Part shown: positions 41,778 to 51,871 of the stretch, in pieces
How positions within the stretch are numbered: position 1 is the first letter of the stretch
How the letters are laid out: each line of letters opens with the position of its first letter
Assembly (NCBI GenBank): GCA_001593685.1
Contig: LUKI01000006.1
Location: 1,085 to 65,084 of the forward strand
Direction: 5' to 3'
Length of the DNA stretch: 64,000 bases
Source: Gammaproteobacteria bacterium F7
GTDB lineage: Bacteria; Pseudomonadota; Gammaproteobacteria; Pseudomonadales; IMCC2047
Program-made: the position numbers and the translations under genes
Notes under the pieces: generated by a model
The model's input: only the letters and a program-made list of their open reading frames with translations
The model's database searches: none
Told to the model about the DNA's origin: nothing

Positions 41778-42841
41778 AAGCGCATTTTTTGCAGGCGGTC
41801 CCACCAGGTCAGCAGTAAGCGGTCTATGACACTATGCATACCCATTGAAAAACGGTCCTGCAATGTCTTTTTATACTCATAGCTAACCAAGTACACATCC
41901 GCATCTCTACAGCTGTCCACCAGATACTCATCACTGGTTTTTAATTCATCCACCAGATTTTTCTCTAGTGCACGCTGGCCAAACCAGACCTCACCAGTGG
42001 CGATGTCATCAATATCCAGTTGCGGACGATTTTCCTTCACGAATTCTTTAAATAATTCGTGGGTATCTTCCAGGTCTTCGGTGAACTTTTCACGGCCTTT
42101 ATCGGTGTTTTCACCGAACATGGTTAATGTGCGCTTATATTCACCGGCGGTGAGCGTTTCATAGTCAATATCGTGCTTCTTTAATAGGCGGTGAAAGTTC
42201 GGTAATTGAGCAACCACCCCAATGGAACCAAGTACCGCAAAGGGTGCTGCGAGTAGCTTGTCAGCGACGCAGGCCATCATATAGCCTCCGCTGGCTGCAA
42301 CCTTATCGACACAAACCGTCAGAGCGACGCCCTTGTCTTTAATGCGTTTAACCTGTGAAGAAGCTAACCCGTAAGCGTGAACCATGCCGCCGCCACTACT
42401 TAAAGTAAGCACCACTTCGTCGCGATCAGCGTTGATGACTGAAAGAACACTGGTGATTTCCTCACGCAGTGAATCGACTTCGCTGGCCTTAATGTCGCCA
42501 TCAAAATCAAGCACATAGACTCGTTTTTTAGAATATAAATCATCAGTAGTGCTGTCTTTGCTTTTAGCTTTTTTCTTTTCTTCTTTGGCTTTTTGTTTGA
42601 GCTGCTTTTTCTTTTCTTTGTGTTGCTGCTTGCTCAACTCTTTACCAACCGTGGCACTTTTAAGCGTATCCGCCATACGCTCAATTTCATCGTTCAAGTG
42701 GGTTATTTCAAGATGACCGTTGGCTTGTTTTTTCTGTTTCATACCCATCGCAACGAGGCTGCCAACAACGATTAAAACAGCGACAACCAGCGTCACAACC
42801 TTGGCTAAAAACACACCGTACTCAGCAAAAAATTCCAACAC
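41768..42841 (-). CDS. sohB: S49 family protease SohB
   Basis: N-terminal TM, VLDFDGDIKAS..LREEI, SGGGMVHAYGLASSQ, VAASGGYMMAC, TAGEYKRTLT. Confidence 0.95.
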   Translation of the reverse strand: MLEFFAEYGVFLAKVVTLVVAVLIVVGSLVAMGMKQKKQANGHLEITHLNDEIERMADTLKSATVGKELSKQQHKEKKKQLKQKAKEEKKKAKSKDSTTDDLYSKKRVYVLDFDGDIKASEVDSLREEITSVLSVINADRDEVVLTLSSGGGMVHAYGLASSQVKRIKDKGVALTVCVDKVAASGGYMMACVADKLLAAPFAVLGSIGVVAQLPNFHRLLKKHDIDYETLTAGEYKRTLTMFGENTDKGREKFTEDLEDTHELFKEFVKENRPQLDIDDIATGEVWFGQRALEKNLVDELKTSDEYLVDSCRDADVYLVSYEYKKTLQDRFSMGMHSVIDRLLLTWWDRLQKMRFYS

Positions 42842-43054
42842 ACTTTCTCCTAATCTTATGAGCTAAAGATTCAAGCGCATCATGATAATTGAGATATCAA
42901 GCTACCGATAGCCACCGGGAGGTATTATCGCGGCTTTGATTAAAAATAATTCACGGTATGATTGCGCATTAATAGGCTAAATGGGCTATAAATACAGAGC
43001 ATATTTACAGCTATATCGAACAGTTAGCTGATATTCAAATCAGGGAGTTATCGA

Positions 43055-43936
43055 ATGCGTTTTTTTGGGGCAATGGTTATCGCTACATCAATGCTACAGG
43101 CTTCACCGCTTGTAGCCAATACCGATAAACCAGCAACACAGCGCCAGTGCAGCGTTGTGAACGGTGTTATTGAGTGCGTTAGCCAACTTAATATTTCACC
43201 TGAAGAACGTGGGCAGTCACTTTATAATCAATCGACTCAGCATGGTCCGTTGCTGGGCTATGGAAGCCCCGGGTATAAAGATAGCCAGTCAAGCTTTGTC
43301 GCTGTTATCACGGATGCCGAAGGACGAGAAAAACACCGTGAAGTACGCGTTAAGTATCTTGAAACAGCGGCAGCAGGTAATAAACGCCTGCTGATATTTG
43401 ATAAGCCTCTGGATTTGAAACGTCACGCCCTGCTAACCGTCTCTTATCCCAAGAAAAAAGACGAACACTGGGCCTATAACCCTGAAAACCGTCAGGTAAA
43501 ACGACTGCTATCGAATAATGCTGCTACGCCCTTCTCTGGCAGTGAGTTTAACTTTGAAGACTTAAGCTCTCAGGATCTGGCTAAATATGACTATCGTTTC
43601 GAGCGTGAAGATAAACTCAACGGTATTCCAATCAGAGTTGTGAGCCGTTTTCCTAAGGATGAAAACTCTGCTTACGAACGCCTTGAAACCTGGATCGATG
43701 CGCAGACCTTCCTGATACAAAAAATTGACTACTATGACCGTGAAGGCGAGCTGCTAAAAACGCTGACGGCTTCCGATTATCAGCTTTACGCTGACAAGTA
43801 CTGGCGCGCAAATACAATTAACATCAAAAACCACCAGTCTGGTAATTCAACGCAACTGACTTGGTCTAACTATCAATTCGATACCGGGTTGACAGAAAAA
43901 GACTTTACCCTGGCAAGCTTACGTAACGCCCATTAG
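43055..43936 (+). CDS. Outer-membrane lipoprotein-sorting protein (LolA-like/DUF1329 type)
   Basis: Signal peptide; FDKPLD, W.Y.P..RQVKR, PFSGSEFNFEDL, YYDREGELLKT, YWRA. Confidence 0.8.
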   Translation: MRFFGAMVIATSMLQASPLVANTDKPATQRQCSVVNGVIECVSQLNISPEERGQSLYNQSTQHGPLLGYGSPGYKDSQSSFVAVITDAEGREKHREVRVKYLETAAAGNKRLLIFDKPLDLKRHALLTVSYPKKKDEHWAYNPENRQVKRLLSNNAATPFSGSEFNFEDLSSQDLAKYDYRFEREDKLNGIPIRVVSRFPKDENSAYERLETWIDAQTFLIQKIDYYDREGELLKTLTASDYQLYADKYWRANTINIKNHQSGNSTQLTWSNYQFDTGLTEKDFTLASLRNAH

Positions 43937-43970
43937 CATAATACGCTCACTATGCTGGATGTAGACTGGG

Positions 43971-45302
43971 ATGACTGACGCGCATGCGCCTCGCTATAGC
44001 ATTATTTTTGATGGCAAATTAGTTGCAGGCGTTTCCCGTCAAACAGCGCTGGATAATCTTGTTCACCTGACAAACCAGTCAGAGGAAGAGCTGCTCGACA
44101 GTCTTTTTTCAGTCAAACCTGTTATCGCAGCGCAAGCGGATAACTATCATCTAGCTGACCAATTTAAAGACAAATTCCGCCACGCTGGGCTTATCGTTCA
44201 TACCGAAGCCTACAATACCAGCCATGATGACATTGTTAACGCAGACCTTAGCTTTGGACATTATGCGCCGTTAAAAACTCAGCACCAGCAACCTAATTTT
44301 ATTGTAAATACGCAAGCCAATGAGACCTGGCAAGAGAGTGATATTCATCAGGCCAAAGGCAAATACGTCGTCACCTTCAATGGCAAGCTGAAAGAAGGCT
44401 TTAATCGCAAGCAGGTATTGGCAAACCTTTGCTCATTGACTAACCGTACTGAGCAGGATGTCCTGGAGAATATCTTTTCAACGGTTCCGGTTATCCTCTG
44501 TCAGACCAATAACCCTGAATTAGCCAGCAGCTATCATGAGGAATTTGAACAGGCAGGACTAGATGTCTCGCAATCGGGCAACCAGCAAATTGAAGACCCT
44601 GAGGCCGATGCACGCAGCCACCTCCTCATACGCGACGACAAACCCTCCCCGCGGCCGGCAAAGAAGGTGCAGCGTTTCACCTATGCACTTTATGCGTTAG
44701 CCATTTTTTCCTGTGTAAGCTGGATCGCCATTTATCAGTTGATCGACAACTATTTAAAAAAGGATGTTGCTAAATCTATTCAAGTTGAGCTTGTACAGTA
44801 CAAACCGGTAGAAAAAAAGCCACCACCTGAACCGATCAAAAAGCAAATAGTGACGAAACCAACACCGGTTAAAACAAAGCCTGTTGAGAAAAAGGTTGTA
44901 AAAAAACAACCGCCTAAGCCCGTTGAGCCACCACCAAAACCAGCGCAACCACCCGTGGAGCCGGTTAAGAAAGAACAACCCAAGCCGGTTAAAAAGCAGG
45001 AAAGCAAAGAACAACAAAAGCTTAAGGGTGAATATAATCTCCAGTTACTGACCTGGTTCGCACAGTTCCAGCAGGTCAATCAACTTGAAAGCAAATACGC
45101 AGAAGGTGAAATCACACTTCGGCTGACCATAGCCCGCAATGGTGAAATCAAGCATATTGAAGTGGTAAAAAGCAGCTCTGAGGAATTACAGCGCATTGTG
45201 GTTATGCAACTGCGTAAGGCGAAAACCGTTCCTGGAATACCAGTCAAGATTACTGGTGAGGAATACAGCTTCGATTTGCCACTAAGGTATCGGTTTAATT
45301 AA
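43971..45302 (+). CDS. TonB-like protein with two tandem N-terminal cytoplasmic repeats
   Basis: Two ~70-aa repeats, one TM helix, Pro/Lys-rich linker, TonB_C-like C-terminus (GEITLRLTIARNGEI..IEVVKSS...LPLRY). Confidence 0.75.
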   Translation: MTDAHAPRYSIIFDGKLVAGVSRQTALDNLVHLTNQSEEELLDSLFSVKPVIAAQADNYHLADQFKDKFRHAGLIVHTEAYNTSHDDIVNADLSFGHYAPLKTQHQQPNFIVNTQANETWQESDIHQAKGKYVVTFNGKLKEGFNRKQVLANLCSLTNRTEQDVLENIFSTVPVILCQTNNPELASSYHEEFEQAGLDVSQSGNQQIEDPEADARSHLLIRDDKPSPRPAKKVQRFTYALYALAIFSCVSWIAIYQLIDNYLKKDVAKSIQVELVQYKPVEKKPPPEPIKKQIVTKPTPVKTKPVEKKVVKKQPPKPVEPPPKPAQPPVEPVKKEQPKPVKKQESKEQQKLKGEYNLQLLTWFAQFQQVNQLESKYAEGEITLRLTIARNGEIKHIEVVKSSSEELQRIVVMQLRKAKTVPGIPVKITGEEYSFDLPLRYRFN

Positions 45303-45348
45303 TATTTTCTTGTCAGAAATAGATACATGCCTTAGCTCTCCATCCTTT

Positions 45349-45377
45349 AAAAATAAATGCGCCCCCTTTTTTTTCTT
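45349..45377 (+). repeat. AAAATAAATGCGYCCCCTTTTTT motif, copy 1
   Basis: AAAAATAAATGCGCCCCCTTTTTTTTCTT; inverted relative to copies 2 and 3. Confidence 0.85.
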
Positions 45378-45408
45378 TTCAAATAGTAATCCCTAATCAA
45401 CTCCATGT

Positions 45409-46061
45409 TCATTCTCCTTTAATAACAATCATCTTTGATGGAATAACTTTCGTAAAGAAATACTCAGTACCACTCAATTTTTGATCTATACATCCCTTCC
45501 CTTTATCAGGAAAACTGAAATACCAGCCCCACGGTCGCTTTAATGAATAATTGGTTAGCGATGCCATAATCTCGCCTGTTTTCTTGTCGCGAATGGCTGA
45601 CCTTGTGCCAGTAAAGTTGTAGGGGAGTTCTTCTCCTAAATACTCATAAAGCCACTCATATCGGCTGACAGGTTGTTCTATTTTCTCAACAACAAGCTCG
45701 TCGTTTTCATTAAGTGAATAACGGAAAGGCTGGCCTCCATTATCTCTTCGTGAGCTTTCAACAAATTCATACCTATAATCTCGCAATCTCCACTTCAAAC
45801 CTTTTTCACTCACGTACTGTGCGTGATAATAACTATCCACCCCTTCAGCTACCGTATTGTATTCGCGGTATCCACCGTCCAGCTCACAAAGTTCTTGATG
45901 TTTAAACCAACGGGGTAACAAATCCCACCAAGGTATGGTTGCTAACAGCAAAGTAACCAACAAAGACTTTACTAGCCCCATCCTTTTTTTAAAAAAGAAG
46001 AACGCCCATGTAACAGCAACTAAATAAAAAATAACCTTGGCAATTAAAAAAGGCCCAACAC
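45409..46061 (-). CDS. AT-rich orphan membrane-anchored protein, frameshifted at a T6 run near the start (intact ORF portion 45409-45981)
   Basis: GAGGAAG RBS then GTG TTG GGC CTT TTT TAA; one extra T would give MLGLFLIAKVIFYLV...IPWWD...LCELDGG...; AT-rich relative to neighbours. Confidence 0.6.
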
Positions 46062-46104
46062 AATATTGCTTCCTCTAGAGTCAATTATTTATGAGTATGG
46101 TCAT

Positions 46105-46131
46105 AAGAAAAAAGGGGACGCATTTATTTTC
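46105..46131 (-). repeat. AAAATAAATGCGYCCCCTTTTTT motif, copy 2
   Basis: Plus strand AAGAAAAAAGGGGACGCATTTATTTTC. Confidence 0.9.
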
Positions 46132-46198
46132 TATCATTTCTAGACCATCCGTTGCCGAGTCGACGTTGTTTTTTCAAAGCAATGAAGTGAAGTTAATA

Positions 46199-46463
46199 CT
46201 AATTAATTTGTAACCGGGGCTCTGAAACTGAAACAAATCCTGCTTCCGTTACACTCAATAAACTGAGTCGCCCCGCGATGCCTGCCCTGTTTGAGTGTAT
46301 GACCACGCTGTTCAAGTGTTTCTTTAACCTTTGTTGACAGGTCAGATTCAACAAATAGCTTGTCGGGTAACCACTGGTTATGAATGCGTGGGGCGGCAAC
46401 GGCATCCTCTGGCGCCATTCCCAAATCAATCACATTAATCAACGCCTGCACGACTTGCGTAAT
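46199..46463 (-). pseudogene. Duplicated, frameshifted 3' fragment of ggt
   Basis: ITQVVQALINVIDLGMAPEDAVAAPRIHNQWLP...GATQFI then a 2-nt deletion, then GFVSVSEPRLQIN*, matching the ggt C-terminus. Confidence 0.9.
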
Positions 46464-46464
46464 G

Positions 46465-46490
46465 AGAAAAAAGGGGACGCATTTATTTTC
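46465..46490 (-). repeat. AAAATAAATGCGYCCCCTTTTTT motif, copy 3
   Basis: Plus strand AGAAAAAAGGGGACGCATTTATTTTC, identical to copy 2. Confidence 0.9.
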
Positions 46491-46556
46491 TATCATTTCT
46501 AGGCCATCCGTTGCCGAATCGACGTTATTTTTCAAAGCGATGAAGTGAAGTTAACA

Positions 46557-48242
46557 CTAATTAATTTGTAATCGGGGCTCTGAAACTGAAACAAAGCCTC
46601 CTGCATTAGTTTTACCTATAAACTGCGTCGCCCCGCGATGCCTCCCCTGCTTGAGTTTATGTCCGCGCTGCTCTAAAGCGTCTTTAATTTCTCTCGGTAG
46701 TTCTGACTCGACAAAAACGGTATTCGGAAGCCACTGGTTATGAATACGTGGGGCGGCAACGGCCTCCTCTGGCGCCATTCCCAAGTCAATCACATTAACC
46801 AATGCCTGCACAACCTGTGTGATAATGGTTGGGCCGCCTGCCGCACCGAGCGTCATTACTGGCTTACCGTCCTTTAGAACAATGGTTGGGCTCATGCTGG
46901 ATAGCGGACGTTTGCCGGGGGCAATGCTGTTGGCTTCCGCACCCACCAATCCAAAGGCGTTTTGTACGCCTGGCTGCGCGGAGAAGTCATCCATCTGGTT
47001 ATTCATGATGACGCCGGTGCTGGGAATGATCACTTTGGAACCAAAGGAGGTATTCACGGTGCTGGTAATGGCCACCCAGTTGCCTTGACTGTCTGCGGTG
47101 GCAATATGGGTGGTGTGTTTACCAAATAAATCTACCTCCGCATCGGGCGGTGCGCCCGGGCCTGAGACGTTAATAGTGCGAGCTAGATCTATTCTTTGGG
47201 CCAGCTGCTTTGCATATTGCTTATCAATTAAGCCTCGGGGTACGTCGGTAAAGTCTGGATCCCCAAGCCAATAAGCCCTGTCAGCAAAGGCCAGCTTCAT
47301 GGCTTCGGCCAATACGTGATAACGATCAGCTTCGCTTAAATGGGCAACCTCAAAGTTTTCCAGAATATTAAGTATTTGCGCCACATGCACGCCACCGGAA
47401 CTGGGCGGTGGAAAACCAACTAACTGATACCCGCGGTACTCAGTGAGTAAAGGTTCACGTTTTTTAAGTTGATAACTGCCAAAGTCCTTGGCGGTAACAA
47501 TGCCGTCATTTTCCTGCATCCATTGTTCAAGCGCTTCGGCAAAAGCGCCTTGGTAAAAATAATCAATGCCCTGCTCTGCTAGTTGTCGGTAGGTGTTCGC
47601 TAAATCTGGCTGTTTTAGCAGATAGCCGGCTGGATGCGGCTGACCGGTATTATCCAGCAACAGCGAGGCGGTTTCAGGGAAGTGGCGAATTGATTGAGCG
47701 GTTGCAGCTAGACGACTGGCGTAGCTTTTACTGATGGCATAGCCCTGCTCGGCAACTTCAGCAGCAGGGGTTAATAATTCGGCGAGACTTAAATTGCCTC
47801 CCTCGGTGATCAAATAATCAAAAGCGGCTAATGATCCCGGTACGCCAATGGCGAGCGCTCCGCTACGGCTTAATTGCGGGTCAGCAACACCGTTGCGTAA
47901 ATACATGTCACGATGAGCCGCGGCTGGCGCCATTTCGCGGCCATCAATCGCTTCAATTCGGCCATCGGCCCAACGAATCACAATGAAGCAGCCACCCCCT
48001 ATGCCGGAATTGTGACCATCAACAACACCTAACATCAATGCGGCTGCTACGGCGGCATCAACGGCATTACCGCCCTTCGCAAAAACATCCTGAGCGGTCT
48101 GGGTGGCTAACGGGTGAACAGTTGCTGCGGCACCACGGGTGGGTGGTGCCAAACTTGATGGGGGATTAGTACAGGCACTTGTCGCAAGCAGGCAAAAACA
48201 ACAAAGAAACAGAAAACGCAGAGAGTGCAATAAAGAAGTCAT
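46557..48242 (-). CDS. ggt: Gamma-glutamyltransferase (lipoprotein signal)
   Basis: GGNAVDAAVA, SGIGGG, DGRE.AP, PPPSSGG, HTTH (catalytic Thr), NNQMDDF, PGKRPLSSMSP, GAAGG. Confidence 0.95.
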   Translation of the reverse strand: MTSLLHSLRFLFLCCFCLLATSACTNPPSSLAPPTRGAAATVHPLATQTAQDVFAKGGNAVDAAVAAALMLGVVDGHNSGIGGGCFIVIRWADGRIEAIDGREMAPAAAHRDMYLRNGVADPQLSRSGALAIGVPGSLAAFDYLITEGGNLSLAELLTPAAEVAEQGYAISKSYASRLAATAQSIRHFPETASLLLDNTGQPHPAGYLLKQPDLANTYRQLAEQGIDYFYQGAFAEALEQWMQENDGIVTAKDFGSYQLKKREPLLTEYRGYQLVGFPPPSSGGVHVAQILNILENFEVAHLSEADRYHVLAEAMKLAFADRAYWLGDPDFTDVPRGLIDKQYAKQLAQRIDLARTINVSGPGAPPDAEVDLFGKHTTHIATADSQGNWVAITSTVNTSFGSKVIIPSTGVIMNNQMDDFSAQPGVQNAFGLVGAEANSIAPGKRPLSSMSPTIVLKDGKPVMTLGAAGGPTIITQVVQALVNVIDLGMAPEEAVAAPRIHNQWLPNTVFVESELPREIKDALEQRGHKLKQGRHRGATQFIGKTNAGGFVSVSEPRLQIN

Positions 48243-48271
48243 TCAATCCCTATTGGAGTTTTATCGAGACC

Positions 48272-49267
<996 letters not shown>

Positions 49268-49391
49268 TTATATCATAAAGTTATAAAAATATAATCAAAT
49301 ATTACTTTGTCGAATAACTCTAAACCGCTATTGTTACGCACTCGCGTAAACTGTCATATAGTCGCATCTTTTAAGAGCCCAAAATAAAAAC

Positions 49392-50174
49392 ATGGACATC
49401 ATTTTATATATTCTAGCCGGCGCCAGCGTTGGTCTGGCCGTTGGTATCACTGGCGTGGGCGGCGGCTCGCTCATGACTCCACTGTTATTACTATTTGGCT
49501 TTCCGGCTCATGTCGCCATTGGCACTGATCTGATGTATGCCGCTGTAACAAAAGGTGGCGGTGTCGTTTTGCACAAAAAGAACAACACTATCCGGTTGCG
49601 TATTGTTGCATTGTTAGCCGCAGGCAGTATCCCCGCCTCCCTGATTACTATTTATATTCTAAAAAATCATTTCACCAGTCCAGAATACTATACTCGCATT
49701 CTAACGAACAGTTTAGGCGTTATGCTGATAATCACGGCCTTAGTGGTGATGTTTAAGCAAAAGCTGCAAGAAAATGCTGAAAAACAACCTGGTCGCTGGC
49801 AAATTTGGGCGACCCGTCATGCTGCACCCATGACAGTTATGATGGGGGTAGTTTTAGGTTGTTTTGTAACATTGTCCTCAGTAGGAGCCGGTGCATTTGG
49901 CGCCGCGATACTGTTGCTTCTCTACCCGCTCCTGCCGTCGATTCATGTCATTGGCACTGATATCGCGCATGCTGTACCGCTAACGCTCATTGCAGGCATC
50001 GGGCATATTTATTTGGGGAACGTCGACTTTGCGCTGTTAGGGTGTTTGTTGATTGGCTCGTTACCTGCCATTTATATAGGGACCAAGCTGGGCGCCAAGC
50101 TGCCGGAAAATATTATTCGGCCCCTGCTCGCAGCCGTTTTGTTGGTGTTAGGTGTTAAATACGCATTCTTTTAA
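49392..50174 (+). CDS. TauE/SafE sulfite exporter family
   Basis: VGITGVGGGSLMTP, AIGTDL, SSVGAG, GTDIAHAVP; divergent from cysB. Confidence 0.88.
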   Translation: MDIILYILAGASVGLAVGITGVGGGSLMTPLLLLFGFPAHVAIGTDLMYAAVTKGGGVVLHKKNNTIRLRIVALLAAGSIPASLITIYILKNHFTSPEYYTRILTNSLGVMLIITALVVMFKQKLQENAEKQPGRWQIWATRHAAPMTVMMGVVLGCFVTLSSVGAGAFGAAILLLLYPLLPSIHVIGTDIAHAVPLTLIAGIGHIYLGNVDFALLGCLLIGSLPAIYIGTKLGAKLPENIIRPLLAAVLLVLGVKYAFF

Positions 50175-50208
50175 GGTAATTTAAAAAGATAAATTAAGTA
50201 TTTGAAAC

Positions 50209-50718
50209 CTAACGATATAGGTCATAATTTTTGGGGTTCTGAAGCTTCACCATCGGTACCAGAAAAACCGGTACAGATGACTCGTTAAGTACTCTGGAAG
50301 CAACGGAGCCCAACCGTGGTTTATCGCTAGGTTGTGAGCAGCTTCCGAGGACAATCAGGTCCGCATTACATTGCTGGGCTGTTTCTAGAATGACTTCAGC
50401 AGGTTTGCCGCCGATTACCTTGATGCCATTGATTAACTGCACGTTACAGTTACTTTCAATAAACTCATCCTCAAAAGCGTTTTCAACCTGCTGACGGATA
50501 CGATCCATCACCTGACTAAAACCATTACGGCGCAGGTTGTTAACCTCATCTTCGGGCATATAGGTGGACAAAATCGACTCTGCGAAAACGCCAACGGGTT
50601 CGATCGCGTGCACGGTGTGAACGTTAGCATTGTGTTTGCTGGCGAGAGACATCACATGCTGCAATAGATAAGGCCCATAGAGGCCTAAGTCGGTTGCATA
50701 AAGAATGTTGTTGATCAT
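50209..50718 (-). CDS. Universal stress protein
   Basis: ILYATDL, G.PAEVIL..A....ADLIVLG, LGSVASRVL..S.VPV.LVP. Confidence 0.88.
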   Translation of the reverse strand: MINNILYATDLGLYGPYLLQHVMSLASKHNANVHTVHAIEPVGVFAESILSTYMPEDEVNNLRRNGFSQVMDRIRQQVENAFEDEFIESNCNVQLINGIKVIGGKPAEVILETAQQCNADLIVLGSCSQPSDKPRLGSVASRVLNESSVPVFLVPMVKLQNPKNYDLYR

Positions 50719-50802
50719 AACCACCTGCTTGCTGTTTTTGTTTTCTTCTTTGTAATCAAGAATAGCAGCAGATTTAAAAAGCGTTAGCTGTTAAGAAAGT
50801 TT

Positions 50803-51705
50803 TTACTCATCATTTTTTACGCCATTGGGTACATGACCTGTTGCCACGTGTTCCAGAGCTGACTCGCAGTGCCCTTCCTGATCATCAAAAAAGACATCGG
50901 CCTGAAACGCGCGCAAAAATTCTCCCTTATTGAGTCCGCCTAAAAAGATAGACTCATCAAGTCGAACATTCCAAGCGCGCAATGTGCGAATAACACGCTC
51001 ATGAGCAGGTGCAGAACGGGCTGTGATCAATGCTGTACGGATTGGGCAGTCCCCTTCAGAAAATTCAGCCTGAATGCTGTGCAACGCGCTGAGGAAAGTC
51101 TTGAAAGGCCCGCCTTTCAGCGGCAAGTTTGCAGAGGCGCGTTCATTTTCCGTAAACGCTTCCAGCCCATCACGTTGATAAATCTGTTCTGCTTCATCGG
51201 AAAATAATACCGCATCGCCGTCGAAGGCAATTCGCAGTTGGGCGCCCTCTTTCTGCTGCGCCTTGCCCGGTAGAATAGTCGCTGCAGCAAAGCCGCTATC
51301 AAGCGCCTGACGCACATCTTCTGGGTGGGTCGATAAAAACAAGTGACAACCAAAGGAGGATACGTAGCGGTATGGACTTTCTCCTCCACAAAAGGCAGCA
51401 CGGGTAATATTTAAACCGTAATGCTGGATAGAGTTGAAAATCCGCAAACCAGTATCGGCACTGTTACGAGACAATAAAATGACCTCAACCCGTGGAGAGT
51501 CGGATAGCAACGTATTGATTTTAAGTAGCTTCTCAACCAAGGGGAATGCGTCCCCTTTTGCCAGAGGTTCATTTTCATGCTCAATCTGGTATTCAGCGTA
51601 AGCTTTTAAGCCTTCGCTTTCATAGACATCATGGCTATCCGACAGATCAAAGAGCGCACGGGAGGAGATAGCAATGACTAATTTATTCGTTAAGGTTCCT
51701 GTCAT
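50803..51705 (-). CDS. 5'-nucleotidase (cytosolic type I-like)
   Basis: AISSRALF, LSRNS, RIAFDGDAVLF, TARSAP, FFDDQ. Confidence 0.9.
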   Translation of the reverse strand: MTGTLTNKLVIAISSRALFDLSDSHDVYESEGLKAYAEYQIEHENEPLAKGDAFPLVEKLLKINTLLSDSPRVEVILLSRNSADTGLRIFNSIQHYGLNITRAAFCGGESPYRYVSSFGCHLFLSTHPEDVRQALDSGFAAATILPGKAQQKEGAQLRIAFDGDAVLFSDEAEQIYQRDGLEAFTENERASANLPLKGGPFKTFLSALHSIQAEFSEGDCPIRTALITARSAPAHERVIRTLRAWNVRLDESIFLGGLNKGEFLRAFQADVFFDDQEGHCESALEHVATGHVPNGVKNDE

Positions 51706-51871
51706 GCTGAAATAAGATTCCTGAAAATTATTGGCGGGTTAGCGAGTTATGTGATTGCCTCTGTCAATCACGGCTCATATTCTGTAAAGTTACCGACATT
51801 TTTTGCCGTGGGCTTTTTTAAAGAGGCCCCGATTTTTTGCAACAGCATACTTGTATTTAAGGAAATTAACT

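Larger units (their letters stand above)
46106..46823. repeat. Diverged ~359-bp tandem direct repeat (46106-46464 and 46465-46823)
   Basis: Each unit consists of the motif, a ~70-bp spacer and the last ~88 codons of ggt. Confidence 0.92.

Noticed and set aside
44800-45010. Repetitive DNA in the TonB-like gene
   Set aside because: Explained by the Pro/Lys/Val/Glu-rich linker
45349-46490. Three motif copies as a CRISPR array or an IS
   Set aside because: Spacing is hundreds of bp with mixed orientation, and there is no cas gene or transposase ORF
46203-46535. 110-aa ORF as a real gene
   Set aside because: A chimera of spacer, motif and the duplicated ggt fragment that runs out of frame
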